Shown here one piece after another: positions 30,215 to 38,011 of a DNA stretch of 64,000 nucleotides. How positions within the stretch are numbered: position 1 is the first letter of the stretch; the number at the start of each line of letters is the position of its first letter. A program made the translations under genes and the position numbers. The stretch lies in assembly GCA_041744215.1 (NCBI GenBank), contig JBGTLG010000016.1, positions 1 to 64,000 of the forward strand, in the 5' to 3' direction. This DNA is from Fimbriimonadales bacterium (GTDB lineage Bacteria > Armatimonadota > Fimbriimonadia > Fimbriimonadales > ATM1). The notes under the pieces were generated by a model, which was not told the origin of the DNA, ran no database searches, and saw nothing but the letters and a program-made list of their open reading frames with translations.

Positions 30215-31003
30215 ATGAGCCACAGCAACCCGTTCCACCGATGGCTGACCAGCCTGCTTCGGACCGGCGCCCCCGCGTCGTACCTCCTGCTCGGGGTCGC
30301 GTTTGCATTCTTCGTAGCGCTGTGGCTCTTATCGGGGGGTCCGGCCGCCGCGCGGCTTCTTGATAGTCTCGTTTTCGAGGCGCCGGATGGCTTGTCGAAG
30401 CCGTGGACGATGCTTACCTACGTCCTTGCAAACCCTGGGCCGGGGGCTATTTTGGGGGTAGTCATCGGTTTGTTCTTCTTTGGATCCTCGCTGGAGCGGT
30501 CCTACGGAACGGCGAGGTTCCTCAAGTTCTTCTTCGGGATCACTCTCCTAACCGCGGCGATGGGAGCCCTTGGGGCGTTCGTTCTTGGGATCGGATTCCT
30601 GATCTGGTCGATGGGAATTCCCGTGGCTTGCGTCGTGGTCGCCTGGGCGACTAGAAACCCTGGCGCGTCAGTTCTGCTTTGGTTCGTTCTCCCGATCAAG
30701 GCGGTGTGGATTGGGTGGATGGCGTTTGTCTTCACTTTGGTCAGTTTCACCTACCACCAACCTGGAATGGCCGTGTTCCTTGCGGTTCCATTCGTCGTTT
30801 CGTGGGCGTATGCCGCCGGGAAGCTCTTGGTGCCCAACCTGAGGGTAGGCCGCTCCCGTGGGAAGCAGATGGAGACCGACTACGAGGGCCTCGACTGGGA
30901 GCGGCGCAGAGAAGCAGAGGCGGAGCGGCGCCGCCTGAAGGAGCTGTTCGAACGATCCTGGAAAGATGACCCAGATATCGAGGGGCCCTCAAAAGATCGT
31001 TAA
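30215..31003 (+). CDS. Rhomboid-like membrane protein, apparently without the catalytic dyad
   Basis: PWTMLTY, FFGSSLERSYG..RFL, LWFVLPIKA rhomboid-like segments; no GxSG; charged C-terminal tail. Confidence 0.7.
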   Translation: MSHSNPFHRWLTSLLRTGAPASYLLLGVAFAFFVALWLLSGGPAAARLLDSLVFEAPDGLSKPWTMLTYVLANPGPGAILGVVIGLFFFGSSLERSYGTARFLKFFFGITLLTAAMGALGAFVLGIGFLIWSMGIPVACVVVAWATRNPGASVLLWFVLPIKAVWIGWMAFVFTLVSFTYHQPGMAVFLAVPFVVSWAYAAGKLLVPNLRVGRSRGKQMETDYEGLDWERRREAEAERRRLKELFERSWKDDPDIEGPSKDR

Positions 31004-31063
31004 AAGGGGGAGAATCTTCGACGTTTTGCAGGAGTTACCGGAACAAATCAGCTTCTGCATGGG

Positions 31064-31069
31064 TACTAT
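31064..31069 (+). promoter_or_regulatory. -10 element for the riboswitch transcript
   Basis: ggTACTAT 6 nt before the first hairpin GCCGGTG..CACCGGC (31076-31096). Confidence 0.55.
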
Positions 31070-31096
31070 CTAAAAGCCGGTGGAGAAATCACCGGC

Positions 31097-31220
31097 GGCG
31101 TCTAATTTCCCTTGACCGGGAAAGCGGGGGAACCAGTCCTTTGGGGCGAATTCCGTGAAAGCGGATAGAGTAACTCTTGGCTCGAGCCCGACAGCTAACC
31201 CCGTAGACGAAGCGAGAGCC
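31097..31220 (+). ncRNA. cyclic-di-AMP (ydaO/yuaA) riboswitch aptamer
   Basis: Conserved blocks in the expected order: GCGGGGGAACCA, TTGGGGCGAAT, GAGCCCGACAGCTAACCCCGTAG; closing pair CGTCT(31099-103)/AGACG(31205-09); GGCTC/GAGCC possible pseudoknot. Confidence 0.9.
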
Positions 31221-31260
31221 TTGTAACCGAAAACTGGCAATGGCGCCAGTGAATCTAAGA

Positions 31261-31299
31261 AGGCTGTGCTCTCGAGACTCGAAGCATGGCTTTTTCTTT
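31261..31299 (+). terminator. Terminator-like hairpin, candidate expression platform of the riboswitch
   Basis: GCTGTGCT..AGCATGGC stem (with G-U pairs) followed by TTTTTCTTT; extendable to GAATC/GATTC (31251-31304). Confidence 0.55.
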
Positions 31300-31307
31300 G
31301 ATTCGAA

Positions 31308-31422
31308 GTCGGAGAAGGTTTCTCTGTTGCGTCAGGCACGGTCAACGAGAAAACACCGTCGCTGAAGGCTGACCAGGGCGTGACCGCCCGAGGTCGGACC
31401 GGCTGGCTAGACACCTCCTGAC
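31308..31422 (+). ncRNA. Unrecognised structured RNA segment
   Basis: Stems GTTTCTC/GAGAAAAC with GTTG/CAAC, GACC-GGGCG/CGCCC-GGTC, closed by GTCGGAG/CTCCTGAC. Confidence 0.45.
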
Positions 31423-31425
31423 AAC

Positions 31426-31467
31426 GGGGCGTCGCTTTCGAAAGGAAGCGACGCCCTTCTAGCTTTT
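31426..31467 (+). terminator. Strong intrinsic terminator
   Basis: GGGCGTCGCTTTC-GAAA-GGAAGCGACGCCC then TTCTAGCTTTT. Confidence 0.8.
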
Positions 31468-31514
31468 CTGAGGCACGCTCGGCGCAACGGAGCGTCTATA
31501 CTCACGAGAGCAGA

Positions 31515-32471
31515 ATGAGAATCAAGCAGTTTTTTTTAGCACTTGCCTGCCTTCCCATGGTCTCGGCATTCACACAAGATGTTGGCCGGGCAATGTTGAC
31601 GATCAACGGGGAGACGGTTACTCTTGGTGAGTACTACCGACGCATGGAGTTTCTTGAAGATGTTGGGAAGATTGTGGGCAACCAGTTTGTGGAGCGTCCG
31701 CCAGCTTTCCTTGCGGTAGAGCGGATCGTGAATGAAAGACTGATTCTTCAGCTGGCAAGACGACAGGGAGTGGCGCCAACTCCGGGCGAAATTGAAAATG
31801 AGTACCGAATGAGGCGGCAGGACAACGCCGAACAGGTCGACAACTTGCTTGCACTTGGCGTTGCAGAAGCGGACCTGAAGGCTCAGGTTGCGGTTGAGAT
31901 GGCTCAGTTCAATCTGATGACGAAAGGCGTCACCATCACCGACCAGCAGATAACCGACCATTACAACAATAACCGCTTCTTGTATTCGACGCCGGCAACG
32001 GCGACTCTTCGGGTGATCGTTGTGCGCGAAGCAGCCGATAAGTTGCGTGTCGAGGCTGCGTTGGCAACCCGGAGTTTCGGTGAGGTTGCTAAAGAGCACT
32101 CTGTCGATCTTTCGAAGTTCGATGGAGGAAGCCTCGGCGAAGTCGCCATCGACCGCTTGCCTCAAAACGTCAGAAACCTCGTCGCAATCATTGAGGCTGG
32201 GAAACACACGCCATGGATCGAGAGTCAGGGCGCCTTCTTGATGTATCACATTGACGCAAAAAGCGAATCAAAGCAACTTCCCTTGGATGACCGATTGCGA
32301 CGCCAGATTCGGCGGAAGATGATGCTTGACATGGGTCGAGCCAAGAACAACGTCAAAGCGATGATGGACGAAATGCTCAAGACGGTCAAGGTGGAGATCG
32401 CAGCACCCGGGCTTCAGAAGCTTTGGGACGCCTATATTCGCGATTATCAGCGCTCTCTTAGCGGGCAATGA
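31515..32471 (+). CDS. SurA/PrsA-type parvulin foldase
   Basis: Signal peptide, SurA-N-like helical region, FGEVAKEHSVD.SKFDGGSLG parvulin motif; own TATACT at 31497-31502. Confidence 0.85.
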   Translation: MRIKQFFLALACLPMVSAFTQDVGRAMLTINGETVTLGEYYRRMEFLEDVGKIVGNQFVERPPAFLAVERIVNERLILQLARRQGVAPTPGEIENEYRMRRQDNAEQVDNLLALGVAEADLKAQVAVEMAQFNLMTKGVTITDQQITDHYNNNRFLYSTPATATLRVIVVREAADKLRVEAALATRSFGEVAKEHSVDLSKFDGGSLGEVAIDRLPQNVRNLVAIIEAGKHTPWIESQGAFLMYHIDAKSESKQLPLDDRLRRQIRRKMMLDMGRAKNNVKAMMDEMLKTVKVEIAAPGLQKLWDAYIRDYQRSLSGQ

Positions 32472-33874
32472 TCTCGATTGTCGGATTAGGTCCTGGCGAC
32501 CGATCGCAGATACCTTTACGAAACTTGGATGCTCTCCGCTCTGCCGAGCGGGTTATCCTTCGAACCCAAATCCATCCGGCCGCGGGACACCTTCGCGCAG
32601 AGGGTATCGCGTTTGAGACATGCGATGATCTTTACGAGACGGCTGAGAACTTTGAGTCGCTCTACCTCCAGATCGCCCAGCGTGTTCTTGATGCCGGCAG
32701 CTGTGCTTATGCGGTGCCAGGGCATCCGCTGTTCGGCGAAGAGTCGGTACGCATTTTGCTCAATCGGATCGAATGTGAGGTTTTCGGTGCGCCGAGCTTT
32801 GTTGATGCTGTCCTTGATGCTATTCAAACGCCGATCGCAGCTTCACTGCAAGTCTGGAATGCCTACGATCCAGCTGCCCACTTCCCGGATCCGCGCAGCT
32901 CGCAAATCGTCTACAACCTAGATTCGAAAGATGTAGCCTCGGACGTCAAACTGTGGCTGCTAAGGTTTTTTCCGGCCGATCACGCTGTGACAGTCGTTTC
33001 CGGGTGGCTTTCCGGTGAGAACCCACGAAGACTCGGCGTCCCACTTTCGGAACTCGACCATCAAGAGTTTGATCCACTCACGAGCGCATTCATTGGATCG
33101 CTTGTTAGGGAGCGACCGTATGGGTTTTATGGTCTGGTTCATGTTGTTGACAAACTGCTGGGCCCAGATGGTTGCCCCTGGGATCGGGAGCAGACGCACG
33201 AGTCTCTCAAAAAGCATCTTCTTGAAGAGACGTATGAAGCGATCGAAGCAATCGATTCGGGTGATGCGGATCGGCTTTGTGAAGAGCTTGGCGATGTGCT
33301 TTTGCAACCGCTGATGCATTCACAGATGGATGCCATAGAAGGACTTTATGATATCGACGATGTCATTGATGGGATCACCCACAAATTGGTGCGGAGGCAC
33401 CCGCACGTATTCGGCGATATCAAGGTCAACGATGCCAAGGAAGTGCTCAACAACTGGGACATGATCAAGCAATCGGAAAAGCCCGATGGCGAGAAGTCTG
33501 TTCTCGACGGCGTACCGACCGCCCTGCCCGCTTTGCTGCGTGCTTATGAGGTTAGCAAGCGAGCAGCTCGGGTCGGGTTTGAATGGCCGGATTTTCAGTC
33601 TGTGCTGGCAAAAGTCGAAGAAGAGCGAGCTGAGTTAGAGGAGGCGATTATCGCCGGCGATCCTGAGGAGATCGAAGCTGAACTCGGCGACTTGCTGTTC
33701 GCTCTCGTAAATGTCGCTCGGTGGAAAGGCGTCGAGCCGGAGGAGGCACTACGAAAGATGGTGACTCGGTTCTCGGGGAGGTTCGCTAAGATGGAGCAAT
33801 CTGCTAACAAAGCCCTTAAGGAGCATTCTTTTGCCGAGTGGGATGCGCTCTGGGAACGCGCAAAACAAAGTTAG
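32468..33874 (+). CDS. mazG: YabN-like tetrapyrrole-methylase/MazG nucleoside triphosphate pyrophosphohydrolase
   Basis: IVGLGPG, YAVPGHP, GCPWDREQTH, EETYE, EELGD, RRHPHVFG. Confidence 0.92.
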   Translation: MISIVGLGPGDRSQIPLRNLDALRSAERVILRTQIHPAAGHLRAEGIAFETCDDLYETAENFESLYLQIAQRVLDAGSCAYAVPGHPLFGEESVRILLNRIECEVFGAPSFVDAVLDAIQTPIAASLQVWNAYDPAAHFPDPRSSQIVYNLDSKDVASDVKLWLLRFFPADHAVTVVSGWLSGENPRRLGVPLSELDHQEFDPLTSAFIGSLVRERPYGFYGLVHVVDKLLGPDGCPWDREQTHESLKKHLLEETYEAIEAIDSGDADRLCEELGDVLLQPLMHSQMDAIEGLYDIDDVIDGITHKLVRRHPHVFGDIKVNDAKEVLNNWDMIKQSEKPDGEKSVLDGVPTALPALLRAYEVSKRAARVGFEWPDFQSVLAKVEEERAELEEAIIAGDPEEIEAELGDLLFALVNVARWKGVEPEEALRKMVTRFSGRFAKMEQSANKALKEHSFAEWDALWERAKQS

Positions 33875-34602
33875 GGCGCGAAGTTCGCAACCCGTTCCTT
33901 GTTTTTGCTAAGAACTCTCAACGAGAGTTGGTCGGCATCAGATGGCAGATCCTCCAATCGAAACTCAATTCGATAGAGCCGCAGATGATGGATGCCGAGA
34001 GTGTACGGATCCGGCGCCACTATGGACTCAAACTCACCGACAAGCCAAGGTGCCCCTGGAGCGAATTGATGCCAGGGAAATCCCACAAGAAGACTGAATT
34101 CGTTTGACCTCTGCTTGTAGGCAAGTTGCAGCCTCGTTGGCTGCACAACAGTTTTTCCGGAGATTAGGACGAATCTGACTTGATCGAGTTCGTCCAATCG
34201 TGCGGATCCTGACTGTTGTGCGTTGATCACGTCGTTCTGGGGCGATGCGGCAAGTTGCACCAAGAACACCAGCCTTCCATCGACCTCACCGCGCACACTC
34301 GCCCACCGCCTAACCAACTCTTGATCGTCGAAGTGGTCACGCCTCTGTAGGAATCCGAGGCGACTCGCGACGAAGCCTGGCGCGAACCGCCAGGCAAACT
34401 CCATTGGCTGCCGGACTGGGCCAGCGTGCCTCCAACCGATCTGGACCTGGAAAGGCGCTGCACAGCGCCATCCGGCAGACGGTGACTCGCCCCATTCACG
34501 GCCTCGTTCAACCCACTCAGTGGGTGCTGACGAAGGAAACTCGAGGGACCGTCCAGGGTCGGCCAGGCAAATGAAGGCAACCGCGAGCGTCGAAAGCGTC
34601 AC
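33871..34602 (-). CDS. Hypothetical protein downstream of the RND operon
   Basis: ORF fills the gap; GTG at 34602 with a short hydrophobic N-terminus. Confidence 0.6.
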   Translation of the reverse strand: MTLSTLAVAFICLADPGRSLEFPSSAPTEWVERGREWGESPSAGWRCAAPFQVQIGWRHAGPVRQPMEFAWRFAPGFVASRLGFLQRRDHFDDQELVRRWASVRGEVDGRLVFLVQLAASPQNDVINAQQSGSARLDELDQVRFVLISGKTVVQPTRLQLAYKQRSNEFSLLVGFPWHQFAPGAPWLVGEFESIVAPDPYTLGIHHLRLYRIEFRLEDLPSDADQLSLRVLSKNKERVANFAP

Positions 34603-34609
34603 ACCTTGA

Positions 34610-37600
34610 TTATCGGTCGGCCGTTGTGCGGAACTCTCCCTGCTCTTGCGCTTTAGACTTCGGCGACATGCGACGCTTAAGCCTGTCGATTGAGGTCGAA
34701 AGGTCATCAAAAATCGTGTAGCTGCACGGAATGACAAAGAGAGTTAGCAAGGTCGAGAGGCTAAGACCGCCAATGATGACAATGCCGAGCCCTTGACGAA
34801 ACTCGGAACCACGACCGAAGGCTAGCGCGATTGGCACCATTGCGAGTATTAGTGCAAGCGTTGTCATCATGATTGGGCGGAGACGCGCGTAGCCCGAGTC
34901 GAGGAGAGCCGTGTGCCTGTCTTCGCCGCGGGCACGGAGAGTGTTTGCGTAGTCAACAAGCAAAATTGCGTTTTTGCCGACGAGCCCGATCAGCATGATG
35001 ACGCCAATAACGCCGACGATATCAAATGCCTTACCTGCAATCATGAGTGCGAGGAAGGCACCGACCAACGCTTGTGGCTGCGCGAGCTGAATGACGAATG
35101 GGTACAGCACGTTGTTGAACAGCGAGGCAAGCACCAAGAAGACGAGGATGATTCCGAGCCCGAATGCCATTGCAATATAAGGCTGTTCTCTCTGTTGCGT
35201 TTCGTTCTCGCCTTGTTGCGCGAAGAAGACATTGTCACCCAGGTTCGCTTCGTCCAGCGCTTTTTCGATTTTTGGGCCCATCGTGCCGATGATGTATCCA
35301 GGAAGCAAGTTCGCGCTCACTACGATTTGCCGTTGTCGGTCCTTTCGTTCCACTTTGTCAGTCGACTCACTCTCTTTTATGTTGGCGATTTGCCCGAGAT
35401 AAACCGGATTTCCTTGTCGAAATGCAATGGGTACTGAGGAGAGAGCGGCTGCATCTTGGCGTACATCGTCAGCGAGGTTGATGCGTATGTTGTATTCGCG
35501 CCCACCTTCTCGAAACTTTGCGTCGGTGTTCCCCTCGTACAGCACGCGAGTCACAGCTCCAAGCGTCGCAACGGATAGATCATTGTCTGCAAGCCTCACG
35601 CGGTCGGGCTCGACTACTAACTCCGGCTTGCCTGGATTAGAGGAGAGCTCGACATTTACGATTCCTTCGACGTTAGCGAGCGCAGCAAGTGCCCTCTGTG
35701 CGGCTGGCGCCACAGCCTCGGCGTCGGTACTCTTGATACCGACTTGAACCGGTGCGCCAAATGCGAATCCGCTTTGCGCACTGACTACGATTCTTGCATC
35801 CGGTATCTTGCCTATGCGTTGCTGCAAGTCGGTGACGAGGGAGTTTTGATGGCGAGTCCGCAGCCCGTCTTCTTTCGCCCAGAACTTTAGGACGTCCTCT
35901 AGCGACTGCTTGTCTCTGAGAGTCACCTGCAACTGAGCATATTGTGAGCCTGAGCTCCTTGTTCCGATGCCACTCGTTTGCGCCCCGACGGTGCTTGTGA
36001 CGTACTCGACGTCTGGAATCTCCCTTGCGATTCCTTCGATGCGCTCAACCACGCCGAGCGTTCTGTCAAGCGAGGCACCGGGCGGCATTGTAACGTTTAC
36101 CGACAGTTGTCCTGAATCGGTCGCGGGCGCAAAACTGAAGTTGAAGATTGGCCCGCCTTTGAACTGAGTCAGCGTAAAGCCCAAGACGGTAAACGCAATC
36201 ATCGCCGCTGCGAAGAGTGCGCCTCCGAGCAGGATTCGAACGTTTGTTTTTCGTGCGAGGAAACTAAGAACAAAGATAGCAATCGCAACAACGCCCGCAG
36301 TCATAGCGAGCCCCATTCCCATTTCCACGGCTGCTCCGGCACTCGGAGCGAAGCTGCCTCCGATCATCATAAACACACCAAACAAGAATGCCCACCCGCC
36401 AACGAAGACGAGCCACCGACGCTCAAGCGCCTTGTTAAGGACGCGGCGGTACCCGTCGGCGAAACGATGGAAGCCGATGTCGAACCACTTTCCAAATCCC
36501 CGCTTGTCTTCTAAGTTTTCTCCTTTCCGATACCAGCGGGAAGCAAGCATGGGCGTAAGGGTAAACGAAACAAAAAGCGAGAACAGTGTGGCCGTTGCGA
36601 CAGTCAGAGCGAACGGTCGGAAGAATTGCCCGGTGATTCCCCCCATCATCGCAACGGGGAGGAAGATAACCACGTCAACCATCGTTATCGAAACTGCGGC
36701 GAGGCCGATTTCCATTCGCCCGTTGATTGCGGCCGTCTCGGGATCCTCACCCATTTGAAGGTGCCGATAAGTGTTCTCTAACACAACGATCGCGTCGTCG
36801 ACGAGGATGCCTACTGCCAGTGAAAGGCCGAGCATCGTCATGATGTTAAGGGTGAACCCGAAGGCACCGATTGCGGCGAACGCGGCGAATAGACACGTTG
36901 GAATCGCGAGAGCCACAATCAGAGTCCCCCTGAAGTTATGGAGGAACATGTAGACGATGCCAACCACGCCGACTATGCCCACGAACAACGCGATGTTGAG
37001 TTCGTGCAGCGACTCCTTGACTTGCTTTGCAGCCTCGCGCGTGACCGTAAACTTGATCGGAAACTCGTCGCCGAGTGTCGCCAACTCCGCTTTGACCGCA
37101 TCCGTGATCGCAACCGTGTTCCCCTCGCGCGTTTTCTGAATAGTCAGGATTACCGCATCGCGGCCGTTTACACGGCTGACTTCGGTTCGTTCTGCGGGCC
37201 CGTCGGTGATCGTTGCAATGTCACGCAGGCGCACGACAGCAGGTGATACGTTTGGATCCATTCGGTCTGAGACGGGGATAACAAGATTGCGGAGTTCGTC
37301 GACGGTGGAGAATTCTCCCTGTACACGAACAGAAGTTTCGCTGCTGCCTTCGGTTATTCGTCCGCCAGGAATGTTTACGGCCGCTCCACGAAGCGCATTC
37401 AAAGTGTCTGTGATGCCCAATCCGTAACTCAACAAACGGTTATGGTCTACAGCCACACGAAGCTCCCGGATCTGACCACCTGTGACACGAACTTCTGCAA
37501 CTCCGGGGACCCGGGCCAACCTATCGCGAACGCGATCATCGAGGGTGTCTCGCAGATCAAGCGCAGAGAGAGTTTCGCTCTCCGCCGCGATGAAGAGAAT

Positions 37601-38011
37601 GGGTTCGTTCGCCAGATTGAGCTTAGAGACGATGGGCTTTTCTGAATCAACCGGGAGAGTGCCCACGACCTCATCTACTTTGGATTTGACATCGTTTAGC
37701 GATCCATCCTGGTCGACACCAAGTTCAAACTCGATTGCTACAATTGAGAGCCCTTCAAGTGAGGTTGACTGGATACTTCGTATTCCATTGACTGTTGTGA
37801 CCGCATCTTCTATGGGCTTCGAGACGAGGGTCTCGATCTCTTGCGGGCTTGCACCTGGATATGGCGTCTGAATTGTGATGAACGGGAAGTCAATCTCTGG
37901 GTTCTGTTCAACGGGCAAACTCTGCAACGCGAGATAACCCAAGACCATGGCGGCGATCATAAGCATGAAGACCCAAACGGGTCGTCGGATCGCTGCGAGG
38001 GTCAGCCACAT
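34610..38011 (-). CDS. RND efflux permease (AcrB family)
   Basis: RRPV, YPGASP, GILVDDAIVVLEN, SFTLTPML, GKNAILLVD, RLRPIMMT. Confidence 0.96.
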   Translation of the reverse strand: MWLTLAAIRRPVWVFMLMIAAMVLGYLALQSLPVEQNPEIDFPFITIQTPYPGASPQEIETLVSKPIEDAVTTVNGIRSIQSTSLEGLSIVAIEFELGVDQDGSLNDVKSKVDEVVGTLPVDSEKPIVSKLNLANEPILFIAAESETLSALDLRDTLDDRVRDRLARVPGVAEVRVTGGQIRELRVAVDHNRLLSYGLGITDTLNALRGAAVNIPGGRITEGSSETSVRVQGEFSTVDELRNLVIPVSDRMDPNVSPAVVRLRDIATITDGPAERTEVSRVNGRDAVILTIQKTREGNTVAITDAVKAELATLGDEFPIKFTVTREAAKQVKESLHELNIALFVGIVGVVGIVYMFLHNFRGTLIVALAIPTCLFAAFAAIGAFGFTLNIMTMLGLSLAVGILVDDAIVVLENTYRHLQMGEDPETAAINGRMEIGLAAVSITMVDVVIFLPVAMMGGITGQFFRPFALTVATATLFSLFVSFTLTPMLASRWYRKGENLEDKRGFGKWFDIGFHRFADGYRRVLNKALERRWLVFVGGWAFLFGVFMMIGGSFAPSAGAAVEMGMGLAMTAGVVAIAIFVLSFLARKTNVRILLGGALFAAAMIAFTVLGFTLTQFKGGPIFNFSFAPATDSGQLSVNVTMPPGASLDRTLGVVERIEGIAREIPDVEYVTSTVGAQTSGIGTRSSGSQYAQLQVTLRDKQSLEDVLKFWAKEDGLRTRHQNSLVTDLQQRIGKIPDARIVVSAQSGFAFGAPVQVGIKSTDAEAVAPAAQRALAALANVEGIVNVELSSNPGKPELVVEPDRVRLADNDLSVATLGAVTRVLYEGNTDAKFREGGREYNIRINLADDVRQDAAALSSVPIAFRQGNPVYLGQIANIKESESTDKVERKDRQRQIVVSANLLPGYIIGTMGPKIEKALDEANLGDNVFFAQQGENETQQREQPYIAMAFGLGIILVFLVLASLFNNVLYPFVIQLAQPQALVGAFLALMIAGKAFDIVGVIGVIMLIGLVGKNAILLVDYANTLRARGEDRHTALLDSGYARLRPIMMTTLALILAMVPIALAFGRGSEFRQGLGIVIIGGLSLSTLLTLFVIPCSYTIFDDLSTSIDRLKRRMSPKSKAQEQGEFRTTADR

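Noticed and set aside
31070-31414. 114-aa minus-strand ORF across the intergenic RNA
   Set aside because: Antisense to a clear riboswitch; no motif; starts just inside a + strand terminator.
31076-31467. tmRNA, RNase P RNA, SRP or 6S identity for the ~390-nt structured region
   Set aside because: No tRNA-like ends, no GAGGAAAGTCC, no SRP GGAA/AGCAG loop and no single long 6S-like rod; only the ydaO blocks match something I recognise.
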